This document shows, one piece after another, positions 50,906 through 60,200 of a stretch of DNA of 64,000 nucleotides. Each line of letters starts with the position of its first letter. Position 1 is the first letter of the stretch. The notes under the pieces are model-generated. The model was not told the origin of the DNA, did no database searches, and saw nothing but the letters and a program-made list of their open reading frames with translations. The DNA is from Verrucomicrobiota bacterium (GTDB taxonomy: Bacteria; Verrucomicrobiota; Verrucomicrobiia; Limisphaerales; SXQI01), in contig JANRLX010000067.1 in NCBI GenBank assembly GCA_033762115.1, positions 1 through 64,000 of the forward strand. The letters are read 5' to 3'. The position numbers and the translations under genes were made by a program.

Positions 50906-53302
50906 TCACCCCGGACCAGGCACTGCTGATTGAATCAACTGATGAAGAGAGTGATAATTCACTGGCTTGGTGATGATCTGATTGATGTTCAGCGATTCGA
51001 CCTCTGCATGAGAGAGTGACTCGAAAAATCCAGAGCAGATGATGATCTGGACAGACTTTGAAACCTCCCGAATGCCTCTGGCCAACTGCATTCCACTCAT
51101 CCCTGGCATGGTCATATCTGTCACAATCACATCGAATGCCGAAGGATTGGCCAAAAAAATCTGCAACGCTTCGACTCCGCGGGAGGCACAAGTGACTTCG
51201 TAACCCATTTTACTAAGTTTTTGGGCAAAAATATCAGTGATCGCCGGTTCATCATCCACAAACAATACCCGCTGATAACCCGGTGGGAGTTCCGCGCGTT
51301 CAACCGGAGAAACCACCTGCCCCGTTGCGGCCAAAGGAAGATAAACTGTGAAAGTGGTGCCCTTTTCCGGGGTGCTGCGGACCTGGATGATGCCGCCGTG
51401 GCTGGTCACTATTCCATGAACGACCGCCAATCCCAACCCTGTTCCCTCCCCGACCGGTTTGGTCGTGAAAAACGGCTCGAAAATTCGTTCCAATACTTTG
51501 GGCGACATTCCATGACCTGTATCCGCCACTGCAACGCTGAGGAAATTTCCAGGTTTTAACTGAAATTGATCCGCTTCAGCCGGGGAAAATGCTTTGTGTT
51601 TGACGGTCACTTCAAGTTTTCCGGATGCATTGCGCATGGCATAACCGGCGTTTGCACAGAGGTTCATCAACACCTGATGAATCTGGCTGGGATCTCCAAT
51701 GATCCGACTCTCAATGGTGTCCAATTTTAGGTTTACTTCAATTGAGGCAGGCAAAGTCGCCCGAATCAGCTTGAGTGTCTCCTTGACAATTGGCACCACC
51801 TCCATGCTTTGGCGTGAACTTTCAGTTTGTCTGCTGAAAGTCAGGATCTGCTTTACCAGGTCTTTGGCCCGATCTGCCGCACGCATCACTGCTTCCATGT
51901 TTCGGCGGCGTGGATTCTCAGCAGGCATGCCATCCAGAGCGAGATCAGTGTAACCAAGGATTGCGCTTAGGATGTTATTAAAATCATGCGCGATCCCGCC
52001 TGCCAACGTTCCCAACGCCTCCATTTTCTGCGCCTGACGCAGGCGGGCTTCCAATGCGGCATTCGCCTGCTCCGCTTCCTTCCGTTTTGTTATATCCTGG
52101 ATTGTTCCCTCGTAAAAAACGGTTTCCCCTGCTCCGTTTCGGACTGCGCGGGCATGCTCCGAAATCCAAATAATTCTGCCATCCTTTCGCCGCACCTGAT
52201 ATTCCAGCCCGCTGATTTTTCCCTCTTGTTCGATGGCCCGTTGGAATTCGGAACGGATGGACGGATCAAGATAGATATCGGAGCTAATGTCATTCACCTC
52301 TGAAATCAGCTCTGCGGGACTTTCATAACCATACATGCGGGCCAATGCCGGGTTCACACTCAAGTACTGCCCCCCGGGAGTGCTTTGAAAAATTCCTTCA
52401 ATGGCATTTTCGAAAATGCCTCGGAACTTGGATTCCGCCTCTCGCGCGAGTTCCTCAGCTAATTTCAGCCGGGTCAGTTGATCCTGCAGCACCTGGTTGG
52501 CCGAGCCGAGCTCCTCAGTCCGTTGTGCCACTGCAAGCTCCAGGTCATCCCTTGAACGTCGCAGATCCAGCTCGGCACGTTTTTGCTCCGTGATGTCGCC
52601 ACAATAACAATGCACCACCCGCTGTTCAGGGATTGGAAAAAAAGACCATGAGATGACCCGCTCATGAATCGTTGTTTCAAACCGAAGCCTGGGCTGGCTG
52701 CTTTCAATTGTCTGTTGAATCATTCCTTTCGTTTCGGCGGGCAATATGTCCTCAACTCGCGTACAGCCGAATTGGGCGGCCATGATATTCGCTGCCGCAT
52801 TCGCATAGGTCAGCGCACCCTCTTCTGAAAATTCGAGAACTGGATTGGGATTGAATCGCGGAAAACTCGCCAAACGTTGAATTTCCCGTTCAGCCCGACG
52901 AGCTTCCGTGACATCCCTGCCGCTCAGGAAGAAAGCTTTTCGATCCAGGCAGACTGTGGCATTCCAGGTGATCCATCGCTCATAACCATTCCCACTTTTC
53001 ACCCGTGCAGAACAGCTTGAAGAGAAAAATGTTTCGCGCAATCCACACAGAAATGCGGTTAATGCCTCTCTGTCCTCCGACACAAAATGATCCAGAAAAT
53101 TACTGTTACGCAATTCCGAGAGAGGAAGGCCCAGCAAAACTTCCCATGTGGGATTTACTCTCACGATCACACCTTCAAGCGAGAGAAGGCAAAGCAGATC
53201 CAGTGAGCCAAAGAAAAAATGTTTATTGGCCTGGTCCCAGGTTTCTTCGGAATTCAGATAACGCTCTCGAATCCGGTCGAAGTCAGAACTTACCACTTGC
53301 AC
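50906..53302 (-). CDS. Hybrid PAS histidine kinase with C-terminal receiver
   Basis: Three PAS-like domains; GGIAHDFNNIL; QVLMNLCANA; FFTTKPVGEGTGLGL; FVDDE...TDMTMP. GTG start uncertain. Confidence 0.9.
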   Translation of the reverse strand: MQVVSSDFDRIRERYLNSEETWDQANKHFFFGSLDLLCLLSLEGVIVRVNPTWEVLLGLPLSELRNSNFLDHFVSEDREALTAFLCGLRETFFSSSCSARVKSGNGYERWITWNATVCLDRKAFFLSGRDVTEARRAEREIQRLASFPRFNPNPVLEFSEEGALTYANAAANIMAAQFGCTRVEDILPAETKGMIQQTIESSQPRLRFETTIHERVISWSFFPIPEQRVVHCYCGDITEQKRAELDLRRSRDDLELAVAQRTEELGSANQVLQDQLTRLKLAEELAREAESKFRGIFENAIEGIFQSTPGGQYLSVNPALARMYGYESPAELISEVNDISSDIYLDPSIRSEFQRAIEQEGKISGLEYQVRRKDGRIIWISEHARAVRNGAGETVFYEGTIQDITKRKEAEQANAALEARLRQAQKMEALGTLAGGIAHDFNNILSAILGYTDLALDGMPAENPRRRNMEAVMRAADRAKDLVKQILTFSRQTESSRQSMEVVPIVKETLKLIRATLPASIEVNLKLDTIESRIIGDPSQIHQVLMNLCANAGYAMRNASGKLEVTVKHKAFSPAEADQFQLKPGNFLSVAVADTGHGMSPKVLERIFEPFFTTKPVGEGTGLGLAVVHGIVTSHGGIIQVRSTPEKGTTFTVYLPLAATGQVVSPVERAELPPGYQRVLFVDDEPAITDIFAQKLSKMGYEVTCASRGVEALQIFLANPSAFDVIVTDMTMPGMSGMQLARGIREVSKSVQIIICSGFFESLSHAEVESLNINQIITKPVNYHSLHQLIQSAVPGPG

Positions 53303-53436
53303 AGAGTATAGGCAGGTGGGCTGTCGCGCAACTTAAGTCCTGCTTGGAAGCTGGATCAGTTGTCTAAACTTCATGTTGTGGCTGGCGGACAACCAGTTAA
53401 TCTTGTCAAACAATCCCTTTGTTTTAGGCTGCTTTA

Positions 53437-56013
53437 ATGGCTCGAAAAACATCTTCCGCTCCAACTGAAAGCCGTCCCAATGACGTGCTGGGGCTGGTGT
53501 TCCTTCTCTTTTCCACCCTTCTGCTGGTAGCATTACTGACTTACGATCGGAAAGACATCTCCACCACTACCCTGCCGGTTAACAGCCAGATCCATAATTG
53601 GATCGGCATTGCAGGGGCACGGGTCGCTTACGCTTTTTTCTTTGTCATGGGGGGCGCTGCGTATCTTGTTCCAGTAGCGCTGGCGTTCATTGGAATGGGC
53701 TACCTGATGGAGTTCCTGTTTTATTTTCAACGACGCTGGCTCTGGTCTGGGGTGTTGATCCTTTGTTGTATGGGCTTTCTGGATCTTCATGGTGAATATT
53801 TCACTTCCCTGACCCGGACATTGAATGCTCCCGGACCAGGCGGAATCGTCGGCCAGGCCATGAATTCCGTTTTGTTCAGCCATTTCGGCCGAGTGGGAGC
53901 TACCATCATCTTCCTCACTCTTTATCTGATCAGTCTCCTTTATCTGACGAATTTTAAATTGGGTGAATGGTGCAGGGCAGTTTGGCAACGTTATCTGGAA
54001 AGCCGCGAGGAAGCGAAAGCCCGTGCCAAAAATCCGAGCGCCACCCCTGAAGAGCGGGCTTTAGAAAAGAAAGCGCGTGAACTGGAGAAGCAAGCTCGCA
54101 GGTTAAAAGACGAAACAGCGGATGAAGAGGAGGAACGTTCCGGGCTGGGGGCCGACCTGCAACCAATTCCCGAACCGACAGTGCGCGATTTAAGCATTCC
54201 GCAAGCGCGAACCAGGACCTCCAAATCCGCTTTACCTCCTGAATCGGAAAAACCGGTTATGGAAGGGGATGTTATTAGCGCCAGGGAGATCGCTGCCGCA
54301 TCCACAGCCGAGGTCCTCGGCAAAGCGGAACCTTCCGGCCGCACCCCTGGTGGCCCTGAAGAAATGCCGCTTAACGTCGTTCCCAAAAAACCTGCCGCCA
54401 AAAAAAGCAAGGCAATTACCGTCGCCTCCACCCCTCTTATCGGTAATTACAAATTACCGAGCATGGAGTTCCTGCACATGCCGGACATTTCGGTGAAGCC
54501 CACCGAATCCAAGGAGGAATTAATGTCGAATGCCAGACTGATGCAGAGCACCTTGGCCCAATTTGATATTGAAGTGGCCCTGGGGGACATTACAAAAGGC
54601 CCCACCATTACCCGTTACGAATTGCACCCGGCTCCCGGAGTTCGCCTCGAGAAAATCTCCGCCCTTGGCAACAACATTGCCGCAGCCCTCAAAGCTGAAC
54701 GGATTAACATCCTTGCTCCTGTTCCCGGAAAAAGTTCGGTCGGTGTTGAGGTTCCCAATGCTGTGAAAACCAAGGTCATTATGCGCGACCTTCTTGAGTC
54801 AGAAGAGTGGCTGAATACCAAAGCGCGCATTCCCCTTGCCCTTGGAAAAGATGTCTATGGCCATCCGATCATTGCAGATTTGGCTGAGATGCCTCACCTG
54901 CTGATTGCTGGAAGCACCGGATCCGGAAAATCCGTCTGCATCAACTCAATTATCGCTTCGCTGCTTTATCGCTTTTCGCCGGACCAGCTTCGTTTCGTCA
55001 TGATCGATCCCAAAGTGGTCGAGTTGCAACAATACAACAGCCTTCCGCACCTGGTCGTCCCGGTGGTCAACGATCCAAAAAAAGTCATCCTCGCCCTCCG
55101 TTGGGTGGTGAATGAAATGGAAAAGCGCTACCAGATTTTCGCGAAAGTCGGCGTTCGGAACATTAAATCATTCAACGAACGGCCCAAGGATAAACCGAAG
55201 GAATCAGACCAGCCTGAACTGCCACTCTCTTCCAAAAAAGAGAAAATCGAAACGAATGCCGAAGGAATGGCCGTGGAACTGGATGAGGAGATCGTGGTTC
55301 CCCGTGAGGATGAAATCGTCATTCCCGAAAAACTCAGTTACGTGGTCGTCATCATCGATGAATTGGCAGACCTGATGTTGGTTGCGCCAGCCGATGTCGA
55401 GATGGCCATTGCCCGTATTACTCAAATGGCCCGGGCCGCAGGGATTCATTGCATTGTTGCAACTCAAAGGCCGAGCGTTGATGTGATCACCGGGGTGATC
55501 AAAGCCAACATCCCCGCACGTATCGCTTTCCAGGTCGCCGCCAAGGTTGATTCACGAACAATCCTGGATGCAATGGGTGCGGACAAATTACTGGGAAAGG
55601 GTGACATGCTGTACCTCCCTCCCGGCGCTGCCAAATTGACTCGTGCCCAGGGGGTGCTTATTACCGACCAGGAAATCCAATCCGTGGTCGATTTCATTTC
55701 ACAGCAGGGAAAACCAAGCTACGAGATGGAAATTCATCAACAGCTTTCCAAGCCGACCTCTGCTGGAGGCGATGGCGAGGAAGGGCTGGATGAGGACGAG
55801 GATTTAATCCAGCAATGTATTGAAGTTATTCGGAGCGAACAGAAAGCCAGTGTCTCTCTGATGCAACGTCGGCTTCGCCTCGGTTATACCCGTGCGGCCC
55901 GGATCATGGATGAACTCGAGAACCGCGGGATCGTGGGGCCTAGCAAAGGTGCAGAACCGCGCGATATTCTTATCGATTTGGATGCAGCCAGTACCGATGG
56001 CAGTTCACGGTAA
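53437..56013 (+). CDS. ftsK: DNA translocase FtsK/SpoIIIE
   Basis: N-terminal TM domain; PHLLIAGSTGSGKS; IIDELADLM; ATQRPSVDVITG; gamma domain QRRLRLGYTRAARIMDELE. Confidence 0.96.
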   Translation: MARKTSSAPTESRPNDVLGLVFLLFSTLLLVALLTYDRKDISTTTLPVNSQIHNWIGIAGARVAYAFFFVMGGAAYLVPVALAFIGMGYLMEFLFYFQRRWLWSGVLILCCMGFLDLHGEYFTSLTRTLNAPGPGGIVGQAMNSVLFSHFGRVGATIIFLTLYLISLLYLTNFKLGEWCRAVWQRYLESREEAKARAKNPSATPEERALEKKARELEKQARRLKDETADEEEERSGLGADLQPIPEPTVRDLSIPQARTRTSKSALPPESEKPVMEGDVISAREIAAASTAEVLGKAEPSGRTPGGPEEMPLNVVPKKPAAKKSKAITVASTPLIGNYKLPSMEFLHMPDISVKPTESKEELMSNARLMQSTLAQFDIEVALGDITKGPTITRYELHPAPGVRLEKISALGNNIAAALKAERINILAPVPGKSSVGVEVPNAVKTKVIMRDLLESEEWLNTKARIPLALGKDVYGHPIIADLAEMPHLLIAGSTGSGKSVCINSIIASLLYRFSPDQLRFVMIDPKVVELQQYNSLPHLVVPVVNDPKKVILALRWVVNEMEKRYQIFAKVGVRNIKSFNERPKDKPKESDQPELPLSSKKEKIETNAEGMAVELDEEIVVPREDEIVIPEKLSYVVVIIDELADLMLVAPADVEMAIARITQMARAAGIHCIVATQRPSVDVITGVIKANIPARIAFQVAAKVDSRTILDAMGADKLLGKGDMLYLPPGAAKLTRAQGVLITDQEIQSVVDFISQQGKPSYEMEIHQQLSKPTSAGGDGEEGLDEDEDLIQQCIEVIRSEQKASVSLMQRRLRLGYTRAARIMDELENRGIVGPSKGAEPRDILIDLDAASTDGSSR

Positions 56014-56031
56014 AGCTTTTGCCCAATTTGG

Positions 56032-56685
56032 ATGAAGGAAGATTACATTGCCCGCAAGGAACGTTGGGCCAGAAAAATGGCCGGTAAGGAAAGACCTGCC
56101 GTTCGCTCAGAGGACCGCCTTCCACCCGGCCAGCGACAAGTACACAATTTCCCAGTGCTCGATTTGGGAATTCGGCCGGATATTCCCCTTGATAAATGGC
56201 AGTTAAAAATCCATGGGAAAGTGGAAAACCCAGTCACTCTGAATTGGGATCAGTTCATGGCGTTGCCGCAGTTCAAGGATGTCAGCGATTTCCATTGCGT
56301 CACCACCTGGAGCCAGTTCGATATGGAATGGCAGGGCGTGGCGTTCTTTACCATCACTGACCTCGTGAAACCGAAGCCCGAGGCAACCCACGTTTTTTTC
56401 AAAAGCTTTGATGGTTACTCAACCAATAACCCACTTGACGTCTGCCTTGATGACGATGTGCTAATCGCGCATACGTGGAACGGAAAACCGATCAGCCGGG
56501 AGCATGGCGGTCCAGCCAGAGTGATCATTCCGAAACGATACGCATGGAAAGGCGCGAAATTCATTCGTGAGATCACCTTTCTTGACCGGGACATCCTTGG
56601 TTTTTGGGAAGTGCGTGGATATTCCAACAGCGCCGATCCATGGTTGGAAGAACGCTTTTCTGAAGAGAAAGTTGGGCCACCCTGA
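56032..56685 (+). CDS. Sulfite oxidase-like molybdopterin oxidoreductase (YuiH-like)
   Basis: LPPGQ, FPVL, DFHCVTTWS, HGGPAR, YAWKGAK, GFWEVRGY...DPW. Confidence 0.88.
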   Translation: MKEDYIARKERWARKMAGKERPAVRSEDRLPPGQRQVHNFPVLDLGIRPDIPLDKWQLKIHGKVENPVTLNWDQFMALPQFKDVSDFHCVTTWSQFDMEWQGVAFFTITDLVKPKPEATHVFFKSFDGYSTNNPLDVCLDDDVLIAHTWNGKPISREHGGPARVIIPKRYAWKGAKFIREITFLDRDILGFWEVRGYSNSADPWLEERFSEEKVGPP

Positions 56686-56705
56686 ACCTATCTCAATCGA
56701 ATAAA

Positions 56706-56795
56706 TGGCGGAAGGGGAGGGATTTGAACCCCCGGTAGGGTTGCCCCTACGCCTGATTTCGAGTCAGGTGCCTTAGACCACTCAGCCACCCTTCC
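56706..56795 (-). tRNA. tRNA-Ser (anticodon CGA)
   Basis: Reverse complement GGAAGGG TGGCTGAGTGGTCTAAGGC A CCTGA CT CGA AA TCAGG, long variable arm, GGGGGTTCAAATCCCTC CCCTTCC G CCA: full cloverleaf with encoded CCA. Confidence 0.96.
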
Positions 56796-56877
56796 GTCGC
56801 CAGTATTTTCAATGGTTTTGTGAGGTTTTGTTGCCTCTCGATTTGCAAATCTGATACAGCAATGTGATACTATATTC

Positions 56878-58374
56878 ATGAATGCCGATCAATCGGAAGC
56901 AAAGGTTGACTCCGAAGACCAATCGCCATGGCAAAAAACACCTGTAGCGAATTTGGTCCGCTACATTCCATCTGGAATATATTTTGCACGCGGACACGTA
57001 AACGGCAAGTTGATTCGGAAATCGCTGAAGACAGATCGAATCAGCGTCGCGAAATTTCGGCTCAACGACCTGATCAAGGAGGAGCAACGGAAAGCGGAAG
57101 CAACAAAAGCCGTAGCAAAGGGCAAGATGCTTTTCAAGGACGCCCTTCACACGTATCGAGAACGCCTGAAGGCTGACCTTTCGTTAAAAGAACGGAGCAA
57201 GGTTTACCGCGAGGAGCGAATCACTGCCCTGCTGAAATCCTGGCCTGATTTGGAAAACTCAGATGTTTCGAAAATCACCAAAGCCGAGTGCCTCGAATGG
57301 GCGGGGCGATTCGGAAAAAAATCCAGCTCGACCGCTTTCAATAACACCGTCGGCACGCTTCGAATGATCCTTAACATCGGAGTTGAAGCGGGTGCTCGTT
57401 ATGACAATCCAGCCAACGCAATCAAACGAATGCGAATTCGCCAGAAACAGGTCAAGCTTCCAAGCCACGATGATTTCCTGGCACTCGTTAAGACAATCCG
57501 GTCGAACGACGGCGGATGGAATCATCGTTGCGCGGATTTGGTCGAATTTCTCGCGTACTCAGGCTGCCGAAAAGGAGAAGCAGCTCGCGTCACGGGGCGA
57601 GACTGTGATCTGGACAAGGGTGAGATTACTGTTTTGGGCGATCCGGTGACAGGCACGAAGAATTGGGAAATCCGTCGCGTTCCGATAATTCCCGACATGA
57701 AACGATTGCTCGGACGACTTTGCGAAGAACGTGGCGAGCTGGAATTCCGAAGCAATCCGGTGATGCGCATCAAGGAGTGCCAAGGCGCAATTACCTCTGC
57801 CTGTCGAAAGCTCGGAATCGAGCGATTCACGCATCATGACCTTCGACATTTGTTTGCCACTCGCTGTATCGAATCCGGTGTGGACATCCCAACGGTCAGC
57901 CGATGGCTGGGGCACAAAGACGGGGGAGCCCTTGCGATGAAGACATATGGGCATTTGCGGGACCAACACTCCGCTAACATGGCGCAAAAAGTTGTGTTCT
58001 CAGAATTGGTGCCGAACGTTGTTCAATTCCCTCCTGGGTCGTTAGCGCAAAGCCCGCCACCCGGACAGTCGAACGTTGTGGAGAAAAAGACCGTCGCTCA
58101 AGCAAAGGCAAAGTACAATTATCCATGGTGGGCCTCGAAAAACCCTCTGGAAATGTTTTGGGGGCAGCTTAACGAAGAGGTTCAAATCGTTGCGCCTGAA
58201 AAATTTCATGAATGCGCCAAGCAAGCAATGAACCGGGAGGTTTTTGCAGACGAACTTGAAGACCGAGAACCATTGAAAGAGGAGTTGGCGGAACGGATTT
58301 CAAACACAGAGCTGGATAAACTCGCGAGCAAGATTCAAATGAAACGATCCGGTCCTGCTTTGAAAGTCGGTTGA
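56878..58374 (+). CDS. Tyrosine recombinase/integrase with a C-terminal extension
   Basis: N-terminal arm-binding-like region (YFARGHVNGKLIRKSLKT); catalytic R (SGCRKGE), K (GTKN), HDLRH, LGH, Y (KTYGH). Confidence 0.92.
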   Translation: MNADQSEAKVDSEDQSPWQKTPVANLVRYIPSGIYFARGHVNGKLIRKSLKTDRISVAKFRLNDLIKEEQRKAEATKAVAKGKMLFKDALHTYRERLKADLSLKERSKVYREERITALLKSWPDLENSDVSKITKAECLEWAGRFGKKSSSTAFNNTVGTLRMILNIGVEAGARYDNPANAIKRMRIRQKQVKLPSHDDFLALVKTIRSNDGGWNHRCADLVEFLAYSGCRKGEAARVTGRDCDLDKGEITVLGDPVTGTKNWEIRRVPIIPDMKRLLGRLCEERGELEFRSNPVMRIKECQGAITSACRKLGIERFTHHDLRHLFATRCIESGVDIPTVSRWLGHKDGGALAMKTYGHLRDQHSANMAQKVVFSELVPNVVQFPPGSLAQSPPPGQSNVVEKKTVAQAKAKYNYPWWASKNPLEMFWGQLNEEVQIVAPEKFHECAKQAMNREVFADELEDREPLKEELAERISNTELDKLASKIQMKRSGPALKVG

Positions 58375-58393
58375 TGCCGTATTGGAATCGCTC

Positions 58394-60166
58394 CTACAGG
58401 CGTTTCGAGGATGCGCGCTGAATTTCATGGTCCAGCATCTCACGGAAGCGTTTGCAATTTGATGACGGAACCATATTTTTGGTTTTCGCGTCGAGTAGTT
58501 TTCTGCGAATGGCCTCGGCTCCGTCGACCGAATAAACCGCCTCGATCGATTGCTCGATATTTCTTGCGAGGGCCTGATCTGTCGCCAGCACGTCTATTGC
58601 CTGACTAAAACCTTTGCCGAAATGCGCGTTGTGGGGATCATTAGCATCTACCGCTTTGTAGCATTCCGCTCCTGTCCGCTTGATGATGCCGAGCACCAGC
58701 CCGACACACAGCAGACGCACAGGACGTAACGGGTCATGAGCGGATTCCGGCGAGAACGCAACAAGGAAGTCGTCCTCCGCAACAGCGACAATCATTGGGG
58801 AACGTTGCTCCGGTGTGAGGCTTTGAAATTGGCGCACTCCTTCGAGATATTCCGTTATTTCGGAGCAAGGCTCGAAACGTGATTCCGTCACGCAGACAAA
58901 CTCATCGCTCCGTGGGTGATTGATCGTGCGAACAATCATGTCTTTGGAAATCCCAATAACGTCTTTGCAAACGGGGGCTGTTTCTCCCCCTTCCACCATC
59001 AAGAAGCGATGACGGATGCGCTGACGACCTGGTGTTGGACTGGCCGTAGCAAACTCGTGGGATTGCAGGTCAATTTGTTTGAGTAACAATTGCTTGTCGC
59101 CGTTACGTTGGCTGTAAAACTCGCCGAAGCTTTCTGGAAGTCTGACCTTCGACGCCACTTTTTCAGCTTGGTTGCGGATCGCTTCGGACAATGGTTGCTC
59201 CGCTTCGCGGGAGGCGATTGCTTGTCGGATTGATGCTTCGTTCAACACAACTTCATTCTCCACAATTCCAGCGATTTCACTCGGCAAGGGTAGCCCCTTG
59301 TTGCAGCCGGTAACGTTCTGCAATCGGTTGGTCGCATCAATTTTCAATCCTGCGTCGCTTGCCTCAGACGAAGTCACGCTTTTCGCATCGACATAATCAC
59401 CCGACAATTGACTGAGTGATTTCGCGAGCGTTTCATAGCCTTCGGCTGCGGCGGAGCAGGCACCCTGCTCGAATCGAATTGCGGCTCGCTTTTCCAGCGC
59501 AGCAAGCCAGCGCGATGCGGCGACACGCGTGTACGCAGGAAACAGACGGCTCGGCCACCAACGGCGGGCGCGATCTTCAAACATGGCAGTTGCGTCTCGA
59601 ACTTCGCGGTCTGCGCTTTCCACAGCTTTGCAGGCGTCTGTGTTGCGTCCTTGCGCGGTTTGTTGATACTCACGAACAGCCGACAGGGCTTCCGCATACG
59701 ATTGTGCAATCTCATTGAGGCTGTGTCCCGCAGACAGCAGTTCGTTGGCCTGCTGATGGACTGTGGCCTGCGTCTGCATCGTCTGAGCCATTGCCAGTCC
59801 TCGACTTTCGTCGGCGGATGATTTTGCGGCTATCTTTTCCTCCGCTTGCGCGAAATACAAGACCGTTTGTTTGAGCACGCCATGATCGAATTCAAACAAA
59901 CAATAAATGCTCGCAATGAAAGACCCAGCCGCCAGGATCGCTCCAATGCTTGCCCAAAGTCCTTCTGGAGCAAATATCGAACCTGCCAGTAACAGGCAAG
60001 CGAGCACCACAAGGGTTACTGCATGAAGTGTTTTACGCCACTTTCCTCCTGATGCGACTTTTGCGCGGGTCAGCAAGACCGCTTCGCGAAGTTTCGTCTT
60101 GCTCTGGTTCGGTGAAACGTTTGCCAGCAGCGTCTCGACTTCAGGGACTTGAATGTTTGTTCTCAT
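58394..60166 (-). CDS. Membrane-anchored helical protein resembling the C-terminal portion of Tubulin_2-family proteins
   Basis: Two TM helices near the N-terminus, long Ala/Glu/Gln-rich helices, and a C-terminal LLCVGLVLGII...Y...FGKGFSQA segment; directly downstream of the tubulin-like gene. Confidence 0.55.
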   Translation of the reverse strand: MRTNIQVPEVETLLANVSPNQSKTKLREAVLLTRAKVASGGKWRKTLHAVTLVVLACLLLAGSIFAPEGLWASIGAILAAGSFIASIYCLFEFDHGVLKQTVLYFAQAEEKIAAKSSADESRGLAMAQTMQTQATVHQQANELLSAGHSLNEIAQSYAEALSAVREYQQTAQGRNTDACKAVESADREVRDATAMFEDRARRWWPSRLFPAYTRVAASRWLAALEKRAAIRFEQGACSAAAEGYETLAKSLSQLSGDYVDAKSVTSSEASDAGLKIDATNRLQNVTGCNKGLPLPSEIAGIVENEVVLNEASIRQAIASREAEQPLSEAIRNQAEKVASKVRLPESFGEFYSQRNGDKQLLLKQIDLQSHEFATASPTPGRQRIRHRFLMVEGGETAPVCKDVIGISKDMIVRTINHPRSDEFVCVTESRFEPCSEITEYLEGVRQFQSLTPEQRSPMIVAVAEDDFLVAFSPESAHDPLRPVRLLCVGLVLGIIKRTGAECYKAVDANDPHNAHFGKGFSQAIDVLATDQALARNIEQSIEAVYSVDGAEAIRRKLLDAKTKNMVPSSNCKRFREMLDHEIQRASSKRL

Positions 60167-60200
60167 AAAATAGATCGAATGGTTATTTGATGTGTGATGG

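Noticed and set aside
56688..57150. ORFs 56688-56879 and 56809-57150
   Set aside because: Overlap the tRNA and the integrase; spurious.
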